NCBI GenBank assembly: GCA_034432595.1
Contig: DAOUBT010000052.1
Coordinates: 1 to 64,000, forward strand
DNA length: 64,000 nt
Origin: Anaerolineae bacterium
Lineage (GTDB): Bacteria; Chloroflexota; Anaerolineae; B4-G1; SLSP01
Direction: 5' to 3'
How positions within the stretch are numbered: position 1 is the stretch's first letter; the number at the start of each line of letters is the position of its first letter. The position numbers and the translations under genes were made by a program. Positions 10,098 through 19,753 of this stretch are shown piece after piece. The notes below the pieces were generated by a model. The model was not told the origin of the DNA, ran no database searches, and saw nothing but the letters and a program-made list of their open reading frames with translations.

Positions 10098-11120
10098 TCA
10101 GCGTTTCAGCGGAAACCAAACGTGAGCCAGCAAGCCGCGTTCATCATGGCGCTCGATGGTGAGTTCGCCCCCCAATTGCGTGCTGAAGTTTTGCGCCATC
10201 ACCAGTCGTAAAGAAGGGGCCATCAACTCCGGCGGTTGCCCCGGTCCACTGATGGTGAAGCTGGCTCGCGTCTGATCGCCCACCGTTTTTTGTTCCACGC
10301 GCAGGACTACCTCGCCGGTTTCTTTCTTGCCCGCCGCCATGTAGAGCAGGCAGAGCAGGACCCAACGCATGCGCGAGGCATCGAGGGCCATTTTGCCCAG
10401 CTCGCCCTCGCTCTGGATGAGGAAACGTAGCCCTTCGCGCCCCACCAGGGTTTGCGCCGTTGCCCACACATCCGCCACCAGGGCTGCCAGCTCAAAGGGC
10501 TCGTACCAGACGCCGGTTTTTTCCGCGTCCAGCTTGGCAGTCTGGAAAATGTCGTTAATCATGGTCAGCAGGTTCTGCCCGCCTTCGTAAATGGAGGTCA
10601 AGTCCTGCTCTTGAAACTCGGTGATAGGGCCATCAATGCCCTTCAGGATGACTTTTGAGAAGCCGATGACGGAATTAATCGGCGTTTTCAGATCGTGGCC
10701 CATGTGGCTCATGGCTTCCATGTTGAAGCGGGCCGCAAGCCGCGCGCGCTCTTTGTAAAAGCCAGCGCCGATTTCGGCCAACACAGAGACGAGGCGCGGC
10801 GCTACATCCGCAAGAGCAGAGGTGGGCGCGCGGCGCAGAACGTATTCCCCCAAGAGCGGCTGAATGGCGCTCCAATCCTCCGGTTGGGCATCGGGGAAAT
10901 TGGCCAGCTCCACACCGGCGGCCTGCGCTGCCGCAGCATCCCACACCTCGCCCGCCAGCAGGGGCAGAACGCGCTCCCACCAGCGGCTGAATTTAAGGCG
11001 CAGGGTCTCCCGCTCCAGAGACACCGCATGACGCTCCACCCAGGCCTGCGCCAGCGTATCCAGCAGAGAGGTGTGCTCTATTTCCAAAGCTTCCCAAATG
11101 TCAGGCCACTGTGTGCTCAT
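10098..11120 (-). CDS. cytoplasmic sensor histidine kinase (HisKA + HATPase-like)
   Basis: H-box MSHMGHDLKTPINSVIGFSKV. C-terminal ATPase-like region with GPGQPPEL. No TM segments. Start chosen at MSTQWPD (ATG 11120, RBS GAGGGAGAA). Confidence 0.65.
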   Translation of the reverse strand: MSTQWPDIWEALEIEHTSLLDTLAQAWVERHAVSLERETLRLKFSRWWERVLPLLAGEVWDAAAAQAAGVELANFPDAQPEDWSAIQPLLGEYVLRRAPTSALADVAPRLVSVLAEIGAGFYKERARLAARFNMEAMSHMGHDLKTPINSVIGFSKVILKGIDGPITEFQEQDLTSIYEGGQNLLTMINDIFQTAKLDAEKTGVWYEPFELAALVADVWATAQTLVGREGLRFLIQSEGELGKMALDASRMRWVLLCLLYMAAGKKETGEVVLRVEQKTVGDQTRASFTISGPGQPPELMAPSLRLVMAQNFSTQLGGELTIERHDERGLLAHVWFPLKR

Positions 11121-11236
11121 GGTTCTCCCTCGCTCCGTGATGGTTGACTTCTTTTTGTTGCCCCGATAGCCTTCATCCAATCCGCGCGCCCCAATCAGAC
11201 GGGCAAACGTTACGGCCTCTTGTCACGGGGATGCGG

Positions 11237-12883
11237 CTACAACGCTGCCGCGAGACGTAACAGGGCTGCCGTCGGCTCCTGCCCCAGGTTAATGGAGATG
11301 ACGCGCCGCTGTACCTCTTGCAAAGCCAGGTAATCTCCCAGCGCCTGCGCCCGGATGAGCACGCCAAAGCTCATCCCGGCGGCGGGTTCACCTGCTTTGT
11401 CGGGGATGGGGGCATCTTCGCGTTCGTCCGCGGTGAATTGGATGAAGAGGCCGCGTCCCGCGTCGCCCTTGTGGAGCTGACCGGTGGAGTGCAGGAAGCG
11501 CGGCCCATAGCCCACGGTGACGGCGCAGCGCGTGCGCTGCAAAAGGCGCTCGCGCAGGGCCTGCAGGGCCGCGTCCGTCTCCGGCGTGGGGGTGATGTAG
11601 GCCTGCACGGCGATGTAATCCCCCGGCACGGCTTGCGCGATGAAGCGCGCCAGCACATCCGGCTCCGGTGCAGCCTGCTCCACGGCAGGCAGCGCGCCCT
11701 TTTCCAGATATTCGGCCACCATCTGCCGCGCCAGGCGCTTGGCAGCCTCCACATTCGGCTGATCGAAGGGGTTTACGCCCAAAACATACCCGGCAATCGC
11801 CGTCGCCATGCTCCACAGGAAGAATTGACCGCCCAGGTCGTACAGGTCGCGCAGCTCTAAACGCACAACGGGATGCCCCGCCGCGATAAGCGCTTCCACG
11901 GTTTCCAGGCGCGCCGTCTCCCCCGCGAAACGCACATCCACAAAAACGCGATCCGTGCCGTAAGCTTCCGGCGCCAGAAGCGGCTCGCCAACCACGGGCA
12001 AGACGCCTTTGCCCGCTTTGCCTGTGCTCTCGGCAACCAGTTGCTCGATCCAATCGCCCAGCGGGAGCAGGACATCCGGCAGCAAGAGCGTGAGCTTATC
12101 GCGCCCGTGACGGGCCAGCGCACCCATCAAGGCGCCCAGCCAGGCCGCCGGGTGCTGGGATACGGGCACCTCCGCGCCACATTGGGCCGCCATCCCCATA
12201 GCCTGCTCTAATAGGCGCGTCACATCCAGGCCCACCAGGGCTGCGGGCACCATCCCAAAACAGGATAGCACCGAGTAGCGCCCACCAATGTTGGGGTCGT
12301 TGAGGAAAATGTGGCGGAAGTGGTAGTCGCGGGCGAGTTGCTCCAACCCACTGCCGGGGTCGGTGATGGCGATGAAGTGGCGCCCAACGCGCTCTGCACC
12401 CAGAGCCTCCAGCGCCCAGTTGTAGAAGTATTTGAATCCCGAAAGCGTCTCTACCGTACCGCCGGATTTGGTGGCGACGATGAAAAGCGTGCGCCGCGGA
12501 TCAAGCGTGCGCGCAAAGGCCAGCACCTTCCCCGGCGCCGTTGTGTCCAGGATGGACAGCTCCAGCCCTTCGCACTGCGGACCAAATACCCTGGCGAACA
12601 GCTCCGGTGCGAGGCTCGATCCGCCCATGCCCAGAAGCAGGGCGTGCGTGAAGCCCTCCGCACGCAGTTCGGCGACGAAAGCTTCCAGCTCCGGAACACG
12701 CGCGCGCATCGCTTCCGCGCTGCGCAACCAGCCCAGGCGATTCGTCACTTCGCGCGGTTCGGGCTGCCAGACGGTATGGTCGAGCGCCCAAATGCGCGGA
12801 ATGACGCGCTCCTTTTCCAACGTCTGCAACGTGGATTCTAAAAGGTCGGCGTAAGGGCCGAGCCAGGTGTACACACCTTTCAT
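11237..12883 (-). CDS. pgi: glucose-6-phosphate isomerase
   Basis: SIS-domain motifs (GMGGSSLAPEL, NIGGRYSVLS) and bacterial/archaeal-type PGI length of 548 aa. Confidence 0.8.
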   Translation of the reverse strand: MKGVYTWLGPYADLLESTLQTLEKERVIPRIWALDHTVWQPEPREVTNRLGWLRSAEAMRARVPELEAFVAELRAEGFTHALLLGMGGSSLAPELFARVFGPQCEGLELSILDTTAPGKVLAFARTLDPRRTLFIVATKSGGTVETLSGFKYFYNWALEALGAERVGRHFIAITDPGSGLEQLARDYHFRHIFLNDPNIGGRYSVLSCFGMVPAALVGLDVTRLLEQAMGMAAQCGAEVPVSQHPAAWLGALMGALARHGRDKLTLLLPDVLLPLGDWIEQLVAESTGKAGKGVLPVVGEPLLAPEAYGTDRVFVDVRFAGETARLETVEALIAAGHPVVRLELRDLYDLGGQFFLWSMATAIAGYVLGVNPFDQPNVEAAKRLARQMVAEYLEKGALPAVEQAAPEPDVLARFIAQAVPGDYIAVQAYITPTPETDAALQALRERLLQRTRCAVTVGYGPRFLHSTGQLHKGDAGRGLFIQFTADEREDAPIPDKAGEPAAGMSFGVLIRAQALGDYLALQEVQRRVISINLGQEPTAALLRLAAAL

Positions 12884-12895
12884 AACCGTTCCTCC

Positions 12896-13552
12896 TCAAT
12901 CGCTTGCTTGATTCATCCAGCCCTCATGCGCCGCGATCAGGCGCAAGAGTTCTCTCCTTCTATCCAGCACAACATTGACTATTTCGGTCACGGTGCTCAA
13001 GTTAGCCATCAGATCTTTTGAAGGGGAAACTTTCATTAAAAGAGGACGCAAGTCCCGGTTGGTCACATGTTTGCCTTGAAGAAATTCAGGCCGGGTGCGC
13101 ACCAGGGTAAGAAGCACCTGTCCGATGGTCGCCCCCACCCCTTCCAACGCTTCCAGATCCTTCGGCGAGTCGGCGAACGCCCCCCCATCGAAAACTGCTT
13201 CGGGGTAAAGGACGAAGACGGCTTCGCGGTAAAGGGTTTCTGCCAGCAAGTAGTGCGTCAGGGTCTCCAGGTTGACATCCTCCACACGGGAGCTGATCCG
13301 ATCCGGCGGCAAGGTGATTTCCGTTATACCCTTTGGCCATTCCTCCGGAGCCTCCGGAGTCTCTACGCGGTCTTTCGCTGCTTCTTGCAATAACCTGACG
13401 ACATATAAAAAACCGAACCCCAGCAGATACAACAACAGAGCTGCTTCAAATAGAGAAAGCGGCAACAACAGCGTCAAGGCGTAACCCAGCCCCAGCAGGA
13501 CAGCCAGGACCAGCAAGAAGAGCACGGCTCCGCCTACCAGGATACCCAACAT
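12896..13552 (-). CDS. hypothetical membrane protein
   Basis: Two N-terminal hydrophobic helices then a soluble domain. No recognisable family. Confidence 0.5.
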   Translation of the reverse strand: MLGILVGGAVLFLLVLAVLLGLGYALTLLLPLSLFEAALLLYLLGFGFLYVVRLLQEAAKDRVETPEAPEEWPKGITEITLPPDRISSRVEDVNLETLTHYLLAETLYREAVFVLYPEAVFDGGAFADSPKDLEALEGVGATIGQVLLTLVRTRPEFLQGKHVTNRDLRPLLMKVSPSKDLMANLSTVTEIVNVVLDRRRELLRLIAAHEGWMNQASD

Positions 13553-13634
13553 TTTTATCTTTCCTCCTTAATTTCCAAGAGCACACGGGCCTGAGTTCGG
13601 GTTGATTATCGCACAAGGTAGCACACAGGCAAAT

Positions 13635-14798
13635 TTAATCCGCCAGCGCTTGCTCCAGGTCGGCGATAATGTCCGCCACATCCTCCAATCCTACTGCCAG
13701 GCGCACCAAACCAGGTGTGATGCCGGCCGCACGGCGCGCCGACTCCGGCACACTGTGATGGGTTGTGCTCGCGGCGTGGGTGATGAGGGTGCGCGTGTCC
13801 CCCAGGCTCACGGCGCGCGTGCACAGGCGGACGCGATTCAGCAGCCTGCGTCCTGCCTCTACACCCCCCTTCAGCTCAAAGACGACGACGCTCCCCCCGC
13901 CGCCCGGCATCTGCCGTTGCGCCAGGGCATACTGCGGGTGCGAAGGCAGCCAGGGATAGCGCACCCAGGCCACTTCGGGGCGCGTCTCCAACCACTGCGC
14001 CACGGCGAGCGCGTTCGCGTTATGGCGTGCCATACGCAATGGGAACGTCTCTATCCCGCGCGCAATCAACCAGGCGTTGAAAGGGGCCAGGCTGCCCCCG
14101 TAAATGCGCAGCGTCTGCGCCGCCCGACGGACAAAGTCGCGCGTCCCCACAATCACCCCGCCGATGGCATCCCCGTGGCCGCACAAAGCCTTCGTCGCCG
14201 AGTGCACCACCCCATCCACCCCCAACTCCAGCGGGCGCTGATTGTAAGGCGTGGCGAAGGTGTTATCTATGAGCGTCGTCAGGCCATGTTCGCGCGCCAG
14301 AGCGACGATGGCGGCAATATCGTTGAGCGCCAGCGTGGGGTTAGCGGGGGATTCCAGATAAATAGCGCGCGTCTGCGGACGCAGCGCGGCGGCAAAGGCG
14401 GCCACATCATCCGCCGGTACCAGCGTCGCCGTCACCCCCAGGCGCGGCAAGTCGCGGGTGATGAAGGTGTGCGTCCCACTGTACAATCCCGTGGTGGCGA
14501 CCAGGTGATCACCGGCCTGCAGCAAGGTGAGCAGCGCCGTGCTGATGGCCGCCATCCCCGACGCTGCGGCGAGGGCCGCTTCCCCGCCCTCTAATGCGGC
14601 GACCTTTGCCTCCATCAACGCGAGGGTGGGATTGCCCCAACGGGTATAGATGGGAAGTGCCTCACTTTCGAAGGCGTAGGCCGCTTCTTCGGCGCTCTGA
14701 TAGCGGTAACTTGAGGCGGTGTGGATGGGCGGCGCGACATCGCGTTCGTGTTCGTCATCGCCCGCGTGAATGGCCAGGGTATGCAAAGAAGGCATGTT
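13635..14798 (-). CDS. PLP-dependent Cys/Met-metabolism enzyme (cystathionine gamma-synthase / O-succinylhomoserine sulfhydrylase family)
   Basis: HTLAIHAGDDEH N-terminus and a PLP-lysine context SATKALCGHGDAIGG. Start at MPSLHTL (ATG 14798); the ORF-track extension is likely spurious. Confidence 0.8.
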   Translation of the reverse strand, partial: NMPSLHTLAIHAGDDEHERDVAPPIHTASSYRYQSAEEAAYAFESEALPIYTRWGNPTLALMEAKVAALEGGEAALAAASGMAAISTALLTLLQAGDHLVATTGLYSGTHTFITRDLPRLGVTATLVPADDVAAFAAALRPQTRAIYLESPANPTLALNDIAAIVALAREHGLTTLIDNTFATPYNQRPLELGVDGVVHSATKALCGHGDAIGGVIVGTRDFVRRAAQTLRIYGGSLAPFNAWLIARGIETFPLRMARHNANALAVAQWLETRPEVAWVRYPWLPSHPQYALAQRQMPGGGGSVVVFELKGGVEAGRRLLNRVRLCTRAVSLGDTRTLITHAASTTHHSVPESARRAAGITPGLVRLAVGLEDVADIIADLEQALAD

Positions 14799-14805
14799 CA
14801 GCTCC

Positions 14806-15714
14806 TTACGCTTTGAGGAAATCTGCCAGACGCGGCAGGAGCTGCTGCTCCACCTCGACCTCGCTATGTAGCTCCGGCACATCCTGCAGCAGCAACCAGG
14901 TTTCGACGTGGCTCACTTCCGCCCCCGGCGACAGGCGCACCAGCGGGCCGAGACTTTCCACTTCCAACATGCGCGCGTTGGTGAAAAACTCCGCGTTCAC
15001 GCCGAAATCGGGATACGTAGCCTGCGGGTCATAGGAGAAACGTTTGACGAAGACGTGCCCGGCCCGGGCGTAAGCCGCCCAGCCATCCACCACGAGCGCG
15101 CCGATTTTTTGCGGCGTCGTGGCCTGTGGGTCCTGCCGCAACAGGATGAAACGGCGGCCCAACGTCCAACGCGGGTCGCTCAAATCGGTGTACTTCCACA
15201 AGGCCAGCACGTTAGCGGGCAGCAGGTTCACGCCGTGCGGCCCACGTTCGGGCAGGGGGATGATGGCCGTTCCGCCCGGCGCCATCACCGATAAAGCCCA
15301 GGGGGCTAATTCCACCGCCCATAAGCCGAGATTGCGCAGCCGATGCGTCACGCGCACCGTGTTTTCCAGCGCAGGAAAGCTGATGACGATTTCCTTCTGG
15401 ATGCCGGTGAGGGGTTCGACGGGCTGCGTCACCACCACCCCTTCCGGCGTCTCGTGCAGGGTAACCGGCTCGTTATCCGGCGCGTAAGTGCGTGGCCGCA
15501 CTTCCGGCGCGTGCCAGAGGCGATGTCCGCCGTAATTGCGCCACTCATCCCCGCCGGTTTTACCCCACCATTCCTCGTACTCGCAGAACTCGTTAGGGCC
15601 ATCCACAAATCCCAGGCGGATGATGCGTGGACCGACGTCAAGGGTAACGATCAGCTCCAGCGCGTCGCGCGTGAGACGGGCGCAACGCCAACCGCGATAG
15701 GTGATGATTTCCAT
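14806..15714 (-). CDS. hypothetical protein (possible mutarotase-like beta-sandwich fold; unassigned)
   Basis: ORF from MEIITYRGW (ATG 15714, RBS GGAGGAG), 4 nt downstream of the BLUF-cyclase gene. No diagnostic motifs recognised. Confidence 0.5.
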   Translation of the reverse strand: MEIITYRGWRCARLTRDALELIVTLDVGPRIIRLGFVDGPNEFCEYEEWWGKTGGDEWRNYGGHRLWHAPEVRPRTYAPDNEPVTLHETPEGVVVTQPVEPLTGIQKEIVISFPALENTVRVTHRLRNLGLWAVELAPWALSVMAPGGTAIIPLPERGPHGVNLLPANVLALWKYTDLSDPRWTLGRRFILLRQDPQATTPQKIGALVVDGWAAYARAGHVFVKRFSYDPQATYPDFGVNAEFFTNARMLEVESLGPLVRLSPGAEVSHVETWLLLQDVPELHSEVEVEQQLLPRLADFLKA

Positions 15715-15739
15715 GCTCTCCTCCGCCTTATGTTCAAAT

Positions 15740-16810
15740 TCACAGCCCGGCTCTGGCACCCTGGCGCGCGAGGAATTCCTGCAAGAAACCGCGCCACACA
15801 TCCGGCGTCAGCAAACAGCACGCGCGTGGATCATCGAGGGTATAGACCATGAGAGGCGTATCCTTGCCGCGGATGCGCTGTTCGCCCAGCGAGACAAAGG
15901 ACCAGGGGCGCTGGGTCCGCTTAAGCAGCTCCTCCGAAAACAGGATTTGCGATTTCAGCTCGCGCGTGAGGCCCTGCAAGCGGGAAGCGACGTTGACCGT
16001 ATCGCCCAGCACCGTGTAATCGAGTTTACGCACCTTGCCGATATTGCCTTCCAGAACCGGGCCGCAGGCCAGCCCAAAGCCGGTGTACAACAAGCGCAAG
16101 ATGTTCTCTGGTTCAGCCGCGAGGCGCATCCGTTCGAGCGCGTCCAAAATCTCCAGCACGCTTTCAAGCGCCGCGTCCGCGCGTTCCACTGGGAAGTAGG
16201 CCATGACGCTATCGCCAATGAACTTACTCACTTCGCCCCCGTGCGACTCGATCACCTCCGTGCAGAGATCGAGATAAGTGCCGACCAGGCCGAAGACTTC
16301 TTCCTCGCCCAACACCTCGGTCAAGGTGGTAAAGCCCAGAATGTCGCCGAAGAGCACCACCCGTTCAACGCGACGTGGCGGCACATCCAGGGGATTCAAT
16401 CCCTGAGCCAGCATGTGGGCAACGGCAGGTTGGGTGTAACGTCCGATAATCTGATGAGAATGGAGCAAGGTTTGCAGCAAAAGGCGCAAGGGGAGGATAA
16501 AATCTTCCGTGCGGCGCTCCAGGTTAAAGACTTCCATCGCCCACACGGGGAAAAGGCGTTCTGTCACGTTCAGCTCGGTCTGAATGAGCACGATATCCGT
16601 ATGGCGCGGGTCACGCAGCAACTTCTCGTAGAGGCGGTCAATGGCGGCATCTTCACCTTCAATCAACTGAAAAAAGTATCCACCCATATAGATTAAGACG
16701 CCGGTAATCCCATCGCGCGCATTGTTGCGCTGCGAAACGCGCTCGATATCCTGCAGGTCCCGTTCCGGATCAGCGCTCACAATCCGACTGATGTACGTCA
16801 AACGCTTCAT
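15740..16810 (-). CDS. photoactivated adenylyl cyclase (BLUF domain + class III nucleotidyl cyclase; bPAC/BlaC-like)
   Basis: N-terminal BLUF domain (YISRI...NNARDGITGVLIYMGGYFFQLIEGE...FPVWAM) and C-terminal CYC domain (VVLFGDILGFTTLTE...GGEVSKFIGDSVMAYF...LGDTVNVASRLQ). Co-linear with Beggiatoa bPAC from memory. ATG 16810 with RBS GGAGGGAG. Confidence 0.85.
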   Translation of the reverse strand: MKRLTYISRIVSADPERDLQDIERVSQRNNARDGITGVLIYMGGYFFQLIEGEDAAIDRLYEKLLRDPRHTDIVLIQTELNVTERLFPVWAMEVFNLERRTEDFILPLRLLLQTLLHSHQIIGRYTQPAVAHMLAQGLNPLDVPPRRVERVVLFGDILGFTTLTEVLGEEEVFGLVGTYLDLCTEVIESHGGEVSKFIGDSVMAYFPVERADAALESVLEILDALERMRLAAEPENILRLLYTGFGLACGPVLEGNIGKVRKLDYTVLGDTVNVASRLQGLTRELKSQILFSEELLKRTQRPWSFVSLGEQRIRGKDTPLMVYTLDDPRACCLLTPDVWRGFLQEFLARQGARAGL

Positions 16811-17069
16811 GGTCTCCCTCCACCCTGAGCTACATTCCAATTATACACAGCTCAGACAAAGAATAAAGCGGGGTCAATAACGGCCTGCCATCCCATAACG
16901 GAGCAGTCATTGAACTCGCCGCTGAAGCCTGGTTTAAAGCCTTAGTGGCAATTTCAAGCGCTGTTCTGGTGTTGGAGGTAAGCCGTTACCCGGCGCAAAA
17001 GAATTGGCTTTGCCCTTCAAATTTGCTATAATGAAACTATCATCAGCCCGGTTCAAGCAAGGAGGGAAG

Positions 17070-17489
17070 ATGAGCGAGGAGACGCAAACACCCCAGCCTG
17101 TGGAAGCTGAAAAGCTCGAGCTGATCATCGAAGCCATCAAGCCTGAATTGAATGAGCTTGTAGGCCCGGAACAAGCCACGCGCGTGAGACGCAGCCTTGG
17201 GCAGTACCAGCGTTGGGCCAGGACTCGCCAAGGCGACGAAGCATACCTTGTACGGGCTATCAATTCTCTCGAAAGCCATCCCCAAGTACAAGCACGGGTA
17301 AAAGAACTCCAGTGTAAGAATCTGGCCGAGTTGCGCAGCCTCACCACCTCTTTAACCGGTGAACCCGATGTGCAAACCCCAATCTACGTTTGCCCGGTGC
17401 CGGGGTGCGGCTACAAGCGTGCACTGCAACATCCCCCCATACCAACATGCCCCACGCATGGGGTGAAACTGATCAAGAAACCAGGGTAA
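17070..17489 (+). CDS. hypothetical protein with a C-terminal C4 zinc ribbon
   Basis: From MSEETQTPQP (RBS AAGGAGGGAAG). C-terminus reads CPVPGCGYK...CPTHGVKLIKK. Confidence 0.5.
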   Translation: MSEETQTPQPVEAEKLELIIEAIKPELNELVGPEQATRVRRSLGQYQRWARTRQGDEAYLVRAINSLESHPQVQARVKELQCKNLAELRSLTTSLTGEPDVQTPIYVCPVPGCGYKRALQHPPIPTCPTHGVKLIKKPG

Positions 17490-17495
17490 CGAGCT

Positions 17496-18398
17496 ATGGC
17501 TGAAAAATTCTGGCAACAAGTGGAGACAGGCCTGGCCAATCAGTGGATAGCGCGCATGTTGGCGCCGGCTTTCGTGTTTTGGGTCGGCGGGGTGGCGGCA
17601 ATGGGGCTGCGCGTGGGCTTCGATGGACTTTACACCTGGTGGACCGGTCTTTCCGCTGTCGAGCAGGCGGTGCTGCTCTTTTTAGGGTTACTGCTGGTGA
17701 GCGTCAGCGCTGCCATCGTGGAAGGCTTGCAGGAGTTGGCGCTACGTCTGATGGAAGGTTACTGGCCTTACCCCTTTCGCGGATTACGTTTCAGTCTCGC
17801 CCAAGGCTCCGCCCGTAACATCCAAAAACTCGAAGATAAATGGCAGGAGCTTGCGCTCAAGTGTGACGGAAATCCGGCAGCTCTCGCCCCCCGCGAGCGC
17901 GCTGAATATAACCAGCTCGACTACCTGCGCCTCCGCTTTCCCATTGACCCGGCCTTAATGATGCCCACGCGCTTGGGAAATTTCCTGCGCGCCGCCGAGG
18001 AATACCCGCAAGTCCGCTATGGTCTTTCTACCCCGGTATGCTGGCCCCGGCTGTGGATGCTCCTGCCCAAAGAGGTGCAACAGGACATTATCACGACACG
18101 CGAAAAACTTTACGCCACGGTGCGCCTCTGCGTGTGGGGGATGCTTTTCACAGTTTGGACCCCGCTTCACCTTTTAGCTCTGCCGCTTGGACTGCTGGTA
18201 GCGATGCTGACCTATACTTTCGGCACCCTCGATGTAGCCCTGGATTACGGTGAGCTGCTGCGCGCCGCGTTTGATCTCTATCGTTTCAAACTCTACGAGC
18301 AGTTGGGCTTTCCCCGCCCCACCTTAGAGGACGAGGCCGCCTGCGGCATTCAACTCACGTGCTACCTGGCACGCGGTGAGTTACCCGCGCTGGAATAA
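17496..18398 (+). CDS. hypothetical 4-TM membrane protein
   Basis: Starts 7 nt after the previous gene. Four predicted TM helices. No family recognised. Confidence 0.5.
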   Translation: MAEKFWQQVETGLANQWIARMLAPAFVFWVGGVAAMGLRVGFDGLYTWWTGLSAVEQAVLLFLGLLLVSVSAAIVEGLQELALRLMEGYWPYPFRGLRFSLAQGSARNIQKLEDKWQELALKCDGNPAALAPRERAEYNQLDYLRLRFPIDPALMMPTRLGNFLRAAEEYPQVRYGLSTPVCWPRLWMLLPKEVQQDIITTREKLYATVRLCVWGMLFTVWTPLHLLALPLGLLVAMLTYTFGTLDVALDYGELLRAAFDLYRFKLYEQLGFPRPTLEDEAACGIQLTCYLARGELPALE

Positions 18399-18403
18399 AC
18401 CGC

Positions 18404-19099
18404 TCAGGACGCTTGTTGCTTCAGCCAGGCCAGCACAGCCTGAGCCTGGAAAGGACCACCATGCGCCGGGTAGAAGGTGTGCGCGCCCGCTTCCAGCAAA
18501 TGCGCCACGCTTGCCCGCAAAGCCGCCGCGTCCCACACAAACATGGGCCAGGTCGGTTGCTGGGGGGCCAGACTGCGTCCCATCAACAAATCGCCAATCA
18601 GAGCGCGGCCATCCTGCAAGAGGATGCTGAGCGAGCCAGGCGTGTGGCCGGGGGTGGGAATAAGCTGCGCCGGAACCCCATAGCTCTCCAGGGATAGCGC
18701 TTCGCGCACCAGCAGATCCGGCTCGTAACCCGGCACGGGCGCACCAGCGAGGTTCAACGGCAGAAGGCGCGCCATCCGCCCCACCCAGGTGTGCGGACGC
18801 AGCACGGAAGGCTCATTGCGCCCCGTGCGTAGCGCATCCGCATCCTCCACATGAACGGCGATGGGTGCCCCCGTCACGGAGCGCAGGGCCGCCGCACTGC
18901 CGAAGTGGTCCAGATGGCCATGCGTGAGCACAATCAACCGCACATGGGCGAGGGCCCCCCCGGCAGCCTGCAAGGCTTGCAGCAAGCGGTTGCTGCACCC
19001 GGCCGGTCCCGCATCCACCGCGACCGTGCCGCCCGTGCCGATGAGCCAGAAGCTCTGCACGTAGGAAGCCGCACGCACGGTCACCAGGCGCGTGTCCAT
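18404..19099 (-). CDS. MBL-fold metallo-hydrolase
   Basis: HxHxDH motif (LTHGHLDHFG). Start ATG at 19097-19099 shares 1 nt with the stop of the upstream nitroreductase gene (TGATG). Confidence 0.7.
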   Translation of the reverse strand: MDTRLVTVRAASYVQSFWLIGTGGTVAVDAGPAGCSNRLLQALQAAGGALAHVRLIVLTHGHLDHFGSAAALRSVTGAPIAVHVEDADALRTGRNEPSVLRPHTWVGRMARLLPLNLAGAPVPGYEPDLLVREALSLESYGVPAQLIPTPGHTPGSLSILLQDGRALIGDLLMGRSLAPQQPTWPMFVWDAAALRASVAHLLEAGAHTFYPAHGGPFQAQAVLAWLKQQAS

Positions 19100-19614
19100 C
19101 AGCGCCACCGTTCCTCGTAAACCAGCTCTTCCAACGGCTCGCGCACTTTCGGGCGTGGCTGATCCGCCGGATAGCCCAGCGGCGTGAAGAGCAGAGGCAC
19201 GGCATCCTCCGGCAGGCCGAGCACCTCGCGCGCGGCCTGTGGATCGAAAGCCGCAATCCAACACGTCCCCAGGCCCAGCTCAGTTGCCATCAGGATCATG
19301 TGATCCATGACAATGGCCGCATCCACATCCATGGCGCTCCATTCATCCATGCGCCGCTTCCAGGCCTCGGCGGGCACGCCGCACACCGCCAACACGAGAG
19401 GCGCCTGCACGAACCAGTCTTTGTTATAAATGCGGCGCAGCTCCTCCTCGCGCCCGGCGGTGTGGATGACCACCACACGAAAAGGTTGACGGTTAGCCGC
19501 GGTGGGTGCTAATCGCGCAGCTTCAAGGACTAACCGCAGCTTATCCTCCTCCACAGGCTGCGCAGTGTAAGCGCGACAACTGTAACGCGCAGCGATCAAG
19601 TCTTTGAAATCCAT
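19099..19614 (-). CDS. NAD(P)H nitroreductase family protein
   Basis: MDFKDLIAARYSCRAY...LEAARLAPTAANRQPF is the canonical nitroreductase N-terminus. ATG 19614 with RBS GGGGAGG. Confidence 0.75.
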   Translation of the reverse strand: MDFKDLIAARYSCRAYTAQPVEEDKLRLVLEAARLAPTAANRQPFRVVVIHTAGREEELRRIYNKDWFVQAPLVLAVCGVPAEAWKRRMDEWSAMDVDAAIVMDHMILMATELGLGTCWIAAFDPQAAREVLGLPEDAVPLLFTPLGYPADQPRPKVREPLEELVYEERWR

Positions 19615-19753
19615 CGTATTACCTCCCCGTCTTTCTGTGAGCCTCAACGAAGTGCTATACCAAACGCATCAAAGCATAAAGAGCAGCACGTCGAGCCCTG
19701 TACAGCACGTTTCACTCTTTAATTGTACACCAGAAAATCCACTCCGCCACAGT

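Noticed and set aside
15740-16810. Cyclase domains as a Pycsar/CBASS-like antiphage signalling system
   Set aside because: The cyclase is fused to a BLUF photosensor, and it is co-linear with bPAC. No adjacent effector (TM/TIR/nuclease) gene is present. Interpreted instead as a light-regulated second-messenger enzyme.
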